A stretch of 63,994 nt of DNA, counting the filler, from Asterionella formosa (Eukaryota), in the NCBI GenBank assembly GCA_002256025.1. It is 4 parts of 4 records of this genome, joined end to end, with 100 filler letters (N's around TTAATTAATTAA, not from the genome) between each part and the next. Parts side by side here need not be neighbours in the genome. Positions count along the whole stretch, not along the records: positions 1 to 29,995 come from NKIB01000933.1; 3 more parts are not named here. One strand, 5' to 3'. The notes under the pieces are model-generated. The model worked only from the letters and a program-made list of their open reading frames with translations. It made no database searches and was not told the DNA's origin. This document shows, one piece after another, positions 12,841 through 25,006 of the stretch. How positions within the stretch are numbered: position 1 is the first letter of the stretch; each line of letters starts with the position of its first letter. The position numbers and the translations under genes were made by a program.

Positions 12841-13758
12841 TCATTCTATTTTGGACACATTGGTGCATACGTCGTCTTGTGTAGGTCGAGTTCGATAAAA
12901 CCGGCCATGCGTTCCACCAAGTTCGTCCACCATTTCTAGCAACAATCTTGGTTCGTGAATCACTGCATCGCCCCACAAGTCCTGTTCACCTCTCAAGACA
13001 TCTCTTAATTCGGGTGGCACAGGAGCCACACAGGATATACTTTCCATCTCCACGGATAGCGCATGCAATGCCAATCGGTGCAGTCCTTTGTTTTGTCGCC
13101 ACCAGCGATTCACCGTGTGGTCTCCATGCTGCGTGTCCCCTAGAATTGGTTGACCCAAGTGGCTAAAGGCATGCCGCCTTATTTGATGAGTCCTGCCCGT
13201 CAACGGTTCGCACAAGACTAAGGACGCCGCCATAGTGTTGGTGTTGGTGTCACTTTGCTGAGTGGCAAGGAGAGTGAACTTTGTCACCGCGGCTTTGCTG
13301 ACACCGTTGTCCATGAGTAATGGTTTATCAACAATGACTTGCGTGGTGTCGTGCCACCATTCGCCTCTAAGGAGTGCGATGTATTGCTTTGATGTCGCTT
13401 CCTCCGTCAATTGAGCATGCAACTGCCCACACGTTTCACTGTCAAAGGCGAAGAGAATAACACCCGACGTTCGATGATCCAGTCGATGAACGGGAAAGAC
13501 TTTGCGTGCGAGTTGCCTTCGAAGGCGGGATTTCAATGTGGGCGCGTTCCTTCTACTTCCTGCATGGGTCGAAAGGCCGGCCGGCTTATTGACGGCGACC
13601 CAGTTGTCGTGATATTGGAGAACAGGTATTCTTGGCTTGACCTCTGCCGATGGAAGCACTGAAAGCGAATGCACGAATCTCAGTCTGGTTGTTGTAACGC
13701 ACGAGACCAGTAGGGCATGCGCGATATGTGCTGTCTTCATGGCAGTCGGGGTGTACAT
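12841..13758 (-). CDS. RluA/TruC-family RNA pseudouridine synthase, probably organellar
   Basis: VNKPAGL, VHRLDHRTSG (catalytic Asp), TGRTHQIRRH, PILGD and LALHA motifs. Confidence 0.92.
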   Translation of the reverse strand: MYTPTAMKTAHIAHALLVSCVTTTRLRFVHSLSVLPSAEVKPRIPVLQYHDNWVAVNKPAGLSTHAGSRRNAPTLKSRLRRQLARKVFPVHRLDHRTSGVILFAFDSETCGQLHAQLTEEATSKQYIALLRGEWWHDTTQVIVDKPLLMDNGVSKAAVTKFTLLATQQSDTNTNTMAASLVLCEPLTGRTHQIRRHAFSHLGQPILGDTQHGDHTVNRWWRQNKGLHRLALHALSVEMESISCVAPVPPELRDVLRGEQDLWGDAVIHEPRLLLEMVDELGGTHGRFYRTRPTQDDVCTNVSKIE

Positions 13759-14205
13759 TCAAACTCGGGAATGGAACAAAAACAACGGAGAAGATGTGGA
13801 ATGATGATAAAAGTAATACCGGTAATCATCATGATGAACTGGCGGGGGTCGTTGAAAGGACAAAGGTGACGGGGCTACCAGTAATCTCAGACGTCTATTT
13901 GTTCCTTATAATATAGCTACACGCATAAATTTTAATATACCATTATATTCGACTATATTATATCTATAATTACCGGAATCAGAGAAGCTACCGGGACCTG
14001 AAGTTGCTTACAAGTAAGAGGAAACCATTTTATATGTAAAAAGGTAAAAAAAGTATTCCACAAATTTTTCATGAAATAAGTTTCAGACTGGAAGTGATTA
14101 AATTGTGCAATGCATAAGTCATCAGGACTTAACTACTACTCTGAATTCGTGCAACTGGTGTAGCCTCAATAGAATGGGGCTTGCTTGGTGGATTAGGTTG
14201 TCAAC

Positions 14206-15351
14206 TCATTTTCCAACCCCCCTCTTGGTGGCTTTTGTTGTTCCAAACCCTTTTGGTTGGGCCAACCTGGTTTTGGCATGGTCATATCCAATCTCCTTCC
14301 AATAGTTGAGATCATGCACAGCACCAGTTTTAACTGCCATTTCCAGGTCATCATCATCATATCCCCAGGGTGCCAACTCTAGCTCTACAACAGTGAAACG
14401 GTCCTTCACTGCAAAGAGTGTGGCAATGGCATCGCGTTCCTTGTATGTCAGGGATGGGTGGTAACATTCCGACATGAGACAGAACCGATCTTGCTCCATA
14501 TCATGGTTGTAGACATAGTGCAGGAAAGTATTGTCAAGAATTACTGGATCTGTGGCTAGCTTGGCATCAGTACCATCCACCACAATTCCACAACCAGGTG
14601 GGCACTTGACAGGAGTCAGGGTCGACAACATGTAATTTCGACCATCAGAATGCAGCACACCAGTACAGTTGTGCTTTTGACGAGCGAGACCCACAAACCT
14701 ATGAGCTGGTCCAAGCGTCCCCATGGCATTCTTGAGAGCTATCGTAGTCTTGGGCATCCAACGCTTCGCTCCTCGCAAGGAAAGAAATTGCCACCCATAC
14801 CAAGCAGCTCGCTGCCATGTGTCGCCATCGTTGTTATCCACATCTTTGGCAGTTTCATCATCGTGAACCAATGGTTTCGCTCCCAGCAAGCTATCAAGTT
14901 CAAGCTTAGCGAGAGGCTGAACATCTTTACTGAGACGTTTCTGTAGTTGTGTCAACTCAGCAAATGACTCTGCAGGGTAAGCTTGACGACTTGTGCTAAT
15001 CTCGTCAATACCTGGGAAAACATACTGGGCCAGTAACTGTTGACCATTAGGTGTCACAATTTCCTTGCCGGGCTTTTCTGTCCGCAAGTTGTCACAAAAA
15101 CCTCGAAAGCGACCATACTCTTTAGATGTCTGCCATGAAGGGATGCACTTGTCTAGATCGGCCCAAAACTTAGGTGACTCATAAGCAGCCTGGTCCAGTT
15201 GCTGTCCTGCAGTGTATTGATTCCAGTACACGGTATCGCTGTAGTGTGGTGTATTAGAAGTACTAGCTGTGGTAGTACCGGTACTGAGACAGACGACATT
15301 GAATGGTAACAGGCAAATATTTGTCACCAACACTTTTGTCAAAAAAGCCAT
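14206..15351 (-). CDS. Aspartyl/asparaginyl beta-hydroxylase-like 2OG-Fe(II) oxygenase
   Basis: 381-aa ORF. HSD (HxD), DNTFLHYVYN, DRFCL..ECYHPSLT motifs and an N-terminal signal-like segment. Confidence 0.75.
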   Translation of the reverse strand: MAFLTKVLVTNICLLPFNVVCLSTGTTTASTSNTPHYSDTVYWNQYTAGQQLDQAAYESPKFWADLDKCIPSWQTSKEYGRFRGFCDNLRTEKPGKEIVTPNGQQLLAQYVFPGIDEISTSRQAYPAESFAELTQLQKRLSKDVQPLAKLELDSLLGAKPLVHDDETAKDVDNNDGDTWQRAAWYGWQFLSLRGAKRWMPKTTIALKNAMGTLGPAHRFVGLARQKHNCTGVLHSDGRNYMLSTLTPVKCPPGCGIVVDGTDAKLATDPVILDNTFLHYVYNHDMEQDRFCLMSECYHPSLTYKERDAIATLFAVKDRFTVVELELAPWGYDDDDLEMAVKTGAVHDLNYWKEIGYDHAKTRLAQPKGFGTTKATKRGVGK

Positions 15352-16146
15352 GAAAAAACTAGATTCCGAAATGCGTCGTAATTTGCTGGCTACAGGTGCT
15401 TGACGGTTGGCGCAATTATTTGTTTGAAGGAGAAATCAGCAGAATGAATTTAAAACGCAATGATGACGATGTTCAATGGAAATTGATAAACGTGAGTAAG
15501 TCGACGGGAACCAAGAAGTTGCAACAAAATCATCGCTGTTATGCTCAAGCAAGCAGCCGTCCCACGAAAATACACTCCCTAGTACGACTACTGTATACCT
15601 GTCATGTGCATGCGTGGCGCTCGCTGTCTTTGAGATGGTAGCAGGTACTAGTACCAGCTATTGCGGTGGTAGAGCAAACGACATACCACAAAGCACATGC
15701 ACTATCGTCACCATGTGCGTCATCCATGACTACCAGTTTACTAAAATAATCAAACCACACCACAATCATTGGCTGTTGCTGAAAGAAGCCAGCGCGCCGC
15801 CCGTCCTTAATACCAGTAGCGGTAATCAACATCATGCGGAGGAGCAGCTATACGTACACTACATTTGCGTCGTCTGCAAATATGCAAACCTAAGAAACTT
15901 TGCATCCTCTGCAAAAGGAACACGACGAACAGGTTCTGAAAGTGTGATGAATGGAATTGAAACTAACTTTTTAGAGTGAGCGTATTAATTTGAGAAACAG
16001 TGAGAATTGAAAGAGAAAAGTTAATAGCGAAAGCTAGCAAGAAGGCTAGCAACAATAGGTATATAAGTACTAGTACTAGCTACAACAGCTAAGTTCTATA
16101 TGAGGAGATACCCGCATGTAGGAAGAAGTAGCAAAAAGCCTTTGAC

Positions 16147-16342
16147 AAACCGTATCATAGCCTACATAAAATAAGCCTTCATTTAAGCCTCTGATATTTT
16201 TCTCCACACTGAGAAAACAAAATGATGTTTGTGAGTTTGTGTGGCAGCTGACACACCAGTGTCATCCAGCCAACTGAGATTCATGTGGCGAAAATTGTCA
16301 GAGGAGGTTTATATAAAAGCAATGTAGGCTACGATAGGGTTT
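16147..16342. repeat. Inverted repeat pair (foldback/MITE-like)
   Basis: AAACCGTATCATAGCCTACAT (16147-16167) vs ATGTAGGCTACGATAGGGTTT (16322-16342): 19/21 complementary. Confidence 0.6.
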
Positions 16343-17940
16343 AAAGGGAAGGTTTAAAAGAGACACAAAATGTTATAAAATGTTTCTTGGCCCAAATTTT
16401 TGTATCTCACACATCTGGGTGGCACATTTTTTGTTGCTCTGAAATGCGTATCTGTGTGTAATCGCTGCACTTATAGTGTTAAGCAACACTAATTTTATAG
16501 ATGATGAATTCAAACTTGCTGGGAGGCGACATGTGAAGGGTTTTACTGCTCAAAGAAAATGGTTCTATCTTTCACAATGGCGCACGGAAGGAAGATGAGC
16601 CAGTCAATTTGCACTTCCTGTAAATGAGGCAATGCAAGTTCCAAGTGGACTTGGAAACAGAACTAGTAGGATGATTGTGTATAGTACATACACACACATT
16701 TGTAATGTGAAGGAAGGAAATTATTTATTTTATACTTTTCACATTGACTATAAATTATCAAGATTCATATGCATTTTTGTAGTAATTTATTTTGGCAGAC
16801 TTTATCCTTTCAATTGCGGGTTTGAGAGGTCAATAGTTTTACAACAAGAAGTAGTCGTTGATTGAACTGTTATCACCACCACAGGCTTCTGAGACTAAAA
16901 AAACACCAGGTATTTTCCCATCTCTTGATTGTTGATGTGAAATTGGATTGTGGGCACTAGTATCATGTGGATGTTAGTATGAAGTCTTTCCTGGACAGCT
17001 TGTGGAGGTTGTGGTTAGAATCCAGGATAAAATGATGTGGTGTTTTTGAATCATTTTACAAACATTTTTCAATGAAGTGATTGGATATGATTTAGTATGT
17101 ATTTATTTACACATTTTCATTTATCTGTGTATGAATGAAACCCTCAATGGGTAACAAAACCCATGGGACTAATCAAATTTTCTAATGTCGTACACATCCG
17201 GTACCAGGTACCACTCATGTCGTACAAGCAGGGAAGCGAGAAGATTCGAATCCATGTGCCAGGTGGAGTACAAGACTTGCCCACAACATTTTAATTAACT
17301 ACCGGTGTACAGCATCGGCAACGGTTATATTGTTTTGTATAGCACCTGTTCAAGTTACGGTCATTTGGCTTAAATAAGCAATTGAATATAGGATAAAAAC
17401 AGCTAAACTTTTAGTGCACTGTGAGCAGAATTAACGCATCTTGCTCTGGTACCTGGTATTATTCTGGTCTACATACAAGTCCAAAACCAGGTACTGGTTC
17501 TGGTACCAGGTATAACTGGAAGCAGGTACCGGTAGGCACCTGGCTATCAGTTACATGGTGCCACTCCGCCTCTCCTTTTTTACACCGATAAGTGGATTAT
17601 TGCTATAATCCCAATATGAACACAATTGTGGTTTGCAATCGGTCACCGACCCTCACTGACAATTCCAATAAATATTCAGGCACCATTATGTAAGTATTCC
17701 GATACCGGTAGTCTAACTGTCGTGAACCTATTTACATACATAGACGAAATAGAAACATCAGGCAAACGATTGAAAAATGGCAAACGCACTCTTGACGGCT
17801 TGATGACATGTGTACATGTACTATAACTATTCGTAGCAAATTTAACGCATTGTTGTTGGTGAATACAGATATTTGGTACATTCACTTTCGAGGGCACTCA
17901 GACAGGATCAAAGAACATCGAACCAACCTTCGTCCTCGTC

Positions 17941-19536
17941 ATGAGCTCCGTGCTGTCGCATATGCAGCCTATCGCAGTAACGAATACGAATGTCAGCGCA
18001 ACGAATGAATCGTCAAGCGTGGCTCCAATCAGCCCGGATCGCTCTGAAACTGCACCTTCCGCGTGCAGTGACGACGCAACCATCCAACACCTCCGAACGC
18101 AATTGGAAATGGAGAAACGAAGACACCAAGACACCCTTCAATCTCTGCGTAACCTTTCGGAAGGAGTCCGCCTCGTTACCAAGCAGATGAAGCACAACGA
18201 CGGCTCCTCGGCCGCCGACGAGGAGGGTCTGCACAACAAGGTCAGATCGCGCACATGGTCCAGGACCTCCAGCATACATTCGTACACATGCGAGGACGAC
18301 CGACGCCTGACTGAATTGTCGTCCTCGAATGACTTTGGTGCCGATTTGTTGGGCTTGTCCCTGGCTGCGAGCATGGTAGGCGAACATGCACGATTGTCCT
18401 GGGAGGAAGCGTCGGTGCTAACGACCGATGTCACGGAACTGCACTCCACCACACTCCAAGCATCGCAGCGAGCCATCAAAGCGGAGAAAATGCTGCACAA
18501 ACTATACAGAGTGACGCACAACTTCAAGCAGCAGTTGGATGTCATTAAGCTTGAAAAGAAACTCTTGGTCAAGGAAGTGAAGCAGTTGAGAAACTCCCAA
18601 GCGGTGTACGAAGCAGCGCAACGTGAGGGAAACAGGAACAGTTTGATCTCGGCCTTGGAATCGTATGTTGCAGGGGCCCTGAAACTTCATGAAACAACGC
18701 TGAAACAAGCTGTGCATACCACCAGGGCGGAACAGGATCGGTTAAATCTTGTCTTGGCGAGTATCACATCGAATGAGGAGGAAGATGCCCCTGTACTGGA
18801 AGTAGCGACAAATACACAAGGTACTCAGACCGACCCAGACGACGTAGTAGTAAAGCCTGTTGCAGCCAAGCCTGATGTATGCTCTTCGACAACGCCTAGG
18901 TCTGTTGGTTTTGGAACGTTCAGTGGAGGGGCACTTGGATTCGGTAGCATGAAGAGATTTCAAAATGCTCATTTGAATACCAGCACGATTCGGCCGTCAT
19001 TGAAGGAATCATCCTCACTATCAGACCAAGCAGATGACTCAAGGAAAACTCAAATACCAGTCCAGTCTGACACTTTGGAAACGAATGCAGATTCCCAGCT
19101 ACCGGTAATATCCAAACCAGATTCGTCGGAAAAAGAAAATATCAACCGCCCTTACACCCCTCTTAAGCTATCGTGCGTCACCCCAATTCACATGTCTAAA
19201 TCATTCGTCTCGTACACTAATACCCCAAGAGAAAATGAGGAACCTACCACTCCTGCTCCGTCCAGAATCTCAAATATTGCTTTCTCTCCCTCAGTGCCCT
19301 CGAAGATTTCCTTGCTTCCACAGCATAGAAATCAATTCATGTCACCCATGGCACCTTCACCGGTCGCTCATACAGGTCAACAAGTCGATTTGGAGATCGT
19401 CGACAGCATTGTGTTGCGATCTCTGTCTCTACCCGAGGAAATGAGCACGGGTGGAGTAGCTCTTACTGATAGTTCGTACTCCGAATCTGAGATAGGTCAA
19501 CTATATGATGCCATTGACTCACTTTACGAAATTTGA
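17941..19536 (+). CDS. Hypothetical coiled-coil protein with Ser/Pro-rich C-terminus
   Basis: 531-aa ATG-initiated ORF with heptad-like segments. No family recognised. Confidence 0.8.
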   Translation: MSSVLSHMQPIAVTNTNVSATNESSSVAPISPDRSETAPSACSDDATIQHLRTQLEMEKRRHQDTLQSLRNLSEGVRLVTKQMKHNDGSSAADEEGLHNKVRSRTWSRTSSIHSYTCEDDRRLTELSSSNDFGADLLGLSLAASMVGEHARLSWEEASVLTTDVTELHSTTLQASQRAIKAEKMLHKLYRVTHNFKQQLDVIKLEKKLLVKEVKQLRNSQAVYEAAQREGNRNSLISALESYVAGALKLHETTLKQAVHTTRAEQDRLNLVLASITSNEEEDAPVLEVATNTQGTQTDPDDVVVKPVAAKPDVCSSTTPRSVGFGTFSGGALGFGSMKRFQNAHLNTSTIRPSLKESSSLSDQADDSRKTQIPVQSDTLETNADSQLPVISKPDSSEKENINRPYTPLKLSCVTPIHMSKSFVSYTNTPRENEEPTTPAPSRISNIAFSPSVPSKISLLPQHRNQFMSPMAPSPVAHTGQQVDLEIVDSIVLRSLSLPEEMSTGGVALTDSSYSESEIGQLYDAIDSLYEI

Positions 19537-19647
19537 TTAATCATGGAATCATAAGCAGTAATAATATGCTACATAGTTTTTACCATTACGGTAGTTTGAG
19601 CAACATGTGCTACTAACTCGTAAAGTAATTTACTTTCAAGATTACCG

Positions 19648-21126
19648 TCATTTTTGATAGCAACAAAACAATGAGTCTGTCATTCCCACTCCCTGCTGCA
19701 TTGCTTCCACCACATCCCACGCCTGTTTGGCTGCCTCAGCATGCTGCCTTGCCTTGTGCAAACATAAGCACAATCGAGCATCCAACTGCGCACTCCTTCT
19801 AGCTTCCCCATCCGGAGCAGCTCTTGCCAGCGCCAACCAAATAGGAATATGAACTTTGCTTCCGTAGCCCTGGCCTTTGGTACATTCGTCCATCTTGAGG
19901 CGGATCAATTCTTCATTGCATTTCGACGCCAGTAAGAAATTCCTGGCCTTGGTGCGACTTGACGTGTATTCAAATTCGCGCTGCTTGATTCTACGTAATA
20001 TTTCTCGGACTCGGTAGTGAAAGAGGGAAGGAACAAAAATGTCCATATCGAATTGGAGGAGGGAGGGGAGGGTGCCTTCTGCTGGTTTCGGCGAGGTGGC
20101 AGTTTCCTTGGTCATACAGTAGACCAAAATAACGGGATCATCGTTGGCTAGTTTCACCAATTGCTTCGTAATAAGCAAGTGATGCAAATCGTCAAAATTG
20201 AAACGCTCAACCTCCAGTAAACCTTGTAATAATTTATCACAGACAATGATACTGTCGTCCACCAACAATCGCTTGAAGTTGACGTAGTGGAAGAATGTTT
20301 CAATAACTTCTGGCATTGTCAGAAGGGAGGGGCAGAACACGTCGTTTTCATTGATCAGGGATCGTCGTTCATTGACATGCTGTGGAAATAGTGCTGTTGC
20401 TAAAAATTTTGATGGCTTGTACATGTCCTGGTCTCCCATCTTGGGGACCAACGTCACCTCAGCGACTACGCTGTGGAAGTGATAGCCCGGGGGTGGTTGC
20501 TGGACAGGTGTGTACCCGACGGAAAATCCGTGGGCATCGGTAGCTGTTCCAGCCTCCTCCGAAAGCTGTGTTCGTTCCCACCTCAAAGTCAACGTCGTGG
20601 GATCCGGCAGGAGTTTCGATTCGTCGTGGTCCATGGTTCGTTTCTGCGATTTCCGCCCTCCCTTTGTCTTGACAGCAGACGCAGCCAGCTGTATCGGAGC
20701 GTACTTAGTAGTGAAGGTGAATGTGGCAGCCTCGAAGAAATGCGTAAAATGGATAGGAACAACCTTCTCGTCTGCTTCTCTTTCACTCATTCCTCCTCGG
20801 TATTGATTGCGATCGTTGGGGTCCACTTCCACGCAGGGAGGGAAGCTCTGATCTAGCTCGTTGGCAGACGCGTGATCTAAATGTCCAATCAAGAGCTTTC
20901 CCTCAAGCAGAAGCTTGAATGTTCCGTCGGAGTCCACACAGGAGTGTGTCAAGAAGATACGAAGGTGGGACTTGCGAAAGGCAGGGAGTTCCGTCAGGAG
21001 AGCCGTGGCCCGTCGCCGTTTGGCACGGACGCCTTCTTCTACTTTGCTTTCCAATTCTTCGATTCGATTCATTTTACTTTTGTGATTCTTCCAAATGAAA
21101 TCTAGAGACGAAGAGATCGTGGCCAT
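19648..21126 (-). CDS. SWI/SNF subunit BAF60/SNF12 (SMARCD)-like SWIB-domain protein
   Basis: LRIFLTHS...LLLEGKLL...FTHFF N-terminal motif and SWIB-like EVIETFFHYVNFKRL...IVCDKLLQGLL. Likely start is MATISSSLD at 21126. Confidence 0.8.
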   Translation of the reverse strand: MATISSSLDFIWKNHKSKMNRIEELESKVEEGVRAKRRRATALLTELPAFRKSHLRIFLTHSCVDSDGTFKLLLEGKLLIGHLDHASANELDQSFPPCVEVDPNDRNQYRGGMSEREADEKVVPIHFTHFFEAATFTFTTKYAPIQLAASAVKTKGGRKSQKRTMDHDESKLLPDPTTLTLRWERTQLSEEAGTATDAHGFSVGYTPVQQPPPGYHFHSVVAEVTLVPKMGDQDMYKPSKFLATALFPQHVNERRSLINENDVFCPSLLTMPEVIETFFHYVNFKRLLVDDSIIVCDKLLQGLLEVERFNFDDLHHLLITKQLVKLANDDPVILVYCMTKETATSPKPAEGTLPSLLQFDMDIFVPSLFHYRVREILRRIKQREFEYTSSRTKARNFLLASKCNEELIRLKMDECTKGQGYGSKVHIPIWLALARAAPDGEARRSAQLDARLCLCLHKARQHAEAAKQAWDVVEAMQQGVGMTDSLFCCYQK

Positions 21127-21446
21127 GCTGATGAGATGTAGTGCTGAAGTGAGGAGTGTAGAGTGTTTGTGGAGCGAAGTAACGACAAAGAGAAGAATAC
21201 TGAAAACTCTAGGAGGGAGGACGTCGAACACTACCTGGCTATAAGCCCACCTGGTACCGAGTCGACGTACGTACCTCAGGTATACCAGTACCGGTACCGG
21301 GGTAGTCAAGAATATATTTGCGGATTGGTGCACGTCGAGATGTATTTCTATGTATATTCTACTCGCCTACTGATACTTTTATGCCGCAAACAAATCAGCT
21401 ACCTCTAGTTCAAGTCTCCGAATACACATAGCAGTACTAAAACCCT

Positions 21447-22300
21447 TTACTGACTCGCCATGGCACTTTTGTGGAGCATACTCGCAATGGCAGTGAAGCT
21501 AACTCCTTCTTGAAAGACTTGACCCCGCTTGGTATTATTGGACGTGGCGTGAAAAGTCACCGTTGTGGCAGTGACTTGTTCTACAACATCTTGGTCCACC
21601 GCTATCTCTGTCGTATTCAGGGCAGCCGTGACTACCTCCAATGGAGCCGTTCGGTAAGTTAGCGCCAACACGGAAGCAATGGCTGAACGCAGCTGGTCAG
21701 TCGAACCACTGGTAATGGCATCAAAGTCTGGAGTGGATTCCAAGGTTTTGAATTCGGTCCAAAACTGTGAAAACTGACACGCGTCCAGGTGATCCGCACA
21801 CCTATAGATTTGTTGTGTTGGCATGTGTTGGTGGAACGGAAAGTGCCGTGGATGAGATGACGTCGTTCAACAAATCCTACTGCGTAATAGCAATAGGCCG
21901 CAAGGATTGAAATATCATGCTACCTGGTACCGGTACTTCACCCTATAGTCATGTCGAGCACCAGTAGCTAGGTTGAACTGAACTGATCCGGGAGCTGCAC
22001 GGGAACGTACCTCACAATAGTCGCTACGGGCTCAACTGTATGATCGGGAACCATGCTGGCCAGAGAAGAATGATCCGTCGATGGATACTGCATCAACCCC
22101 AAAAGCAACACTTTGGCGTAGAGGTGCTGGTCAGCGACATGGGGATGGAATTGATAGACCTTGAGTAGTCGTCGGCACGCTTCGAACGAGTACTCCTGAT
22201 TGGACGAAATGTATGCAACGAGCGGAGCTGCCGCTTCTTCGGTGAAGCCAGAAGCGTCGAGCAGTTTGGCGAGTTCAGCAGGAGTTGGAGTGGTTGTCAT
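21447..22300 (-). CDS. EIF3K: Eukaryotic translation initiation factor 3 subunit K, 2 exons (22300-22011, 21801-21447)
   Basis: GTACGT donor and TAG acceptor give the in-frame join IVR|CADHLDACQFSQFW. Motifs YSFEACRRLLKVYQFHP and LRSAIASVLALTY. Confidence 0.85.
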
Positions 22301-22408
22301 GCTGTTGGAATGTGATGTATCGTAAGTGGTACTGGTTCCCAACTACGGTAATAATAATTTTGCCAATACATAAAAGTTAAAACGGAATGACTGTAGATAG
22401 AAGTGGTA

Positions 22409-22620
22409 ACTGGTACCTGGTACCAGGTACCCTCGTACCAGGTTCTTTATTGAATGGACGGATGCTGACTTGACCTGCATACCGGTACCGGCGTAATGTG
22501 TACATAGAGAAATATGCAGATCCACTGGTCGCACCAGGTACCTGGTACCTGTTACCAGGTACATACCCCACTGCGGTCCCCTGGCAGTACTGTACCTGGT
22601 ACCCTGGTACCAGGTACATA
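22409..22620. repeat. Dense array of TACC(A/T)GG / TACCGG / TACTGG units upstream of EIF3K
   Basis: For example CTGGTACCTGGTACCAGGTACC, CCAGGTACCTGGTACCTGTTACCAGGTAC and GTACCTGGTACCCTGGTACCAGGTAC. Confidence 0.9.
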
Positions 22621-25006
22621 CCCCCTTGAGGTTGCTAGCCTCCCCGGTAAATATATTTTGAGGTGGCACCAAACAAACAATAATTTTCTACACAAAAACA
22701 AAGTACAGTATGTACTAATTAAAAACTGTAAGCCACCGTTACTTCTTTACTCCATCTTTCGACTAAAAAATATTCACAAGTACGAACTCTATATTACACG
22801 ATGCACTCTATTCTACGAATTAGTAATCAGTTTCCATTCAGTGTATTAAGCCATAAAGATCTAATTTTTTTTACGTCATTAATTGTTGCATAGCGGTGGC
22901 TTACACTGCATATTTTTCTATCCTTACATGAGTTTATTTTCCCCCCAAACCGTGATTATTTTTACTCCGTTAAAACTAAAGAAATTATTTTCGTATTACT
23001 TTACCTTTTTTGCGCGATCTTCTGATGCATAATGTATTCGAAAGCACAATGACGCCATACACATATTTAATAATACTAAATTAATTCTATTGGAAGAATT
23101 TCAATATTTTTGTCCATAGACATGTGCACGTGTAGAAAAGACGATGCCAGCTCAATCGAGTGAGTAAGCATGAAATTTTCCATTTTTCGCAATTTCGCAT
23201 CGACAGCAACCTTTGGGCCGTAATAAGTAGTTAACAACTTACACAATGAATGAAGTCTCGTTTTTCTTGCGAGGTGAAGAACTCTCTCATTTTTCACCAG
23301 ATGGAAATAGCTGTCCTATTAATACATTTTAGAAAAGTGTGTGCCAGCATCATGTAGAACCGATAAAATTTACGTAGGTATATTATAAATGAAATCTCTT
23401 TATTGTCCTGCCTTCCCCCCCTAAGTAAAATCAGTCAAATTCAGTCAAAGCAGTGTACATGGGGCGGGGACAGGAAAATGAATTATATGGTACACTGGCT
23501 GTCATGTGTTGGAGCGTTCTTTTCCTGACAAATAACTAACTGCCTGCAGTGTCCACGAGTAGTTAATAGGCGTATAACCCAGAGAATCATTTTTATAAAC
23601 AATTGTATCAAACAAAATTCGAACAGAGAGATGCATGCAGTGTACATGACATACCTTCTCTAATCACAAACAACAAACTGGTACTTGGTTACTTCAAAGA
23701 CACATGGTAAAGGAATGTGTGATGAATGCCAAGCACATCACCACCCAGCCAAGGGGAACTTTCAGATGAAGTTCACTCCCTTACCTCTAAGTGGACTAGT
23801 CTAGCATCTTGCTGCCACCAGAGGACAGTTGTGATTTACTTTACAAATCAGTCAGGTATGTCCAATAAGTCAAGGAATGGTCAAGAAAAAACTACATATG
23901 ATCTACTAGGAGTGTTGGATCTATTTTGGAAGTAGCTAACCTTCAGTCTAGGAGACCATAACAGTGAATGAGGTCAAGGTGCTAGATAAAACAGTAGTTA
24001 GGAAGTCTGAACCCCCATCCCCCCCCAATTGTAGCAAGTTTTTGGGAAAATGATTTTCAGAAATCATTCAACTTGATTTTGATAAAGAAGTTGAATGTCA
24101 ATGTCATATTCTGTGGTATACTTTCATTCATATCCAACTCCAAGTGCATGACAAAAATTTAATGCTTCCACCAGGCAACAGGACAAAAATATTGTTTCAT
24201 TATCATAACCATACTAATCAAGAGCCATTTGATGATCTTCAATGGACAAATCCCTCCTCCTTTGCTTGTTGAGAACAGCTGGTGGCAACAAAAAGGGGCC
24301 TCCTGCATCTCCATCCAAAACCAAAAATCGAAAATGCCTCAACAATTTTTGAAATCTAGTTTCCATTTTTAAATGAGGAGAGAAGTGTGAGTCAATTAAT
24401 GCCTGACATGCTCAATAGGAGTTTGGAAGGGGGTATGTTAAAAGAGTGATTACTGTATAATTTTTTGTCCTGCCCCCCCAATTCAGGTACCCTAGGACAC
24501 TGCCTGAATTTGAAAAAAGAGATTTCCGACCAGCATCCATACCGGTACCGGTATGTTTTCACCCTAGATACCGGTATCAACTACACGGTTTACACAGGTA
24601 GGACCACTTCACACTCACTGATGAGTATATGAGTTAAAATATTCAAGTTGTAATTGCGCGCCATGATCATGGCACAGTAATGGGGCACAGTAATCATTGT
24701 TCCATACTTCTTGGCTACTTATACAAAAGGACTCCTGGTTTTGTCTTCTCATTTGAAGAACATCATACACTATCGAAAACTGCAAGTTTCTTCATTTGTT
24801 TGTTCGAGGAAATAAATTCAGAAGTTGATGAGAGAACACGACAGCGTTTCATTTCTTTTTCTATTCTTCGCCTTCCTTGTCCTCCTACGCACTGCCCTCA
24901 TCCTGACTGAGACGTATTGTATCGTTCCTGTCGAAATTCAAGATTGCACGTCATTTACCCATACAATTCGAAACGCTACAAGCTCGTTTTTGGAAGATTT
25001 TCCACA

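Noticed and set aside
22343..22849. ORFs with VPGTRY/YLVPG repeats, and a possible CRISPR-like array
   Set aside because: These are translations of the TACCWGG array. There is no constant 25-45-bp repeat with unique spacers and no cas genes.
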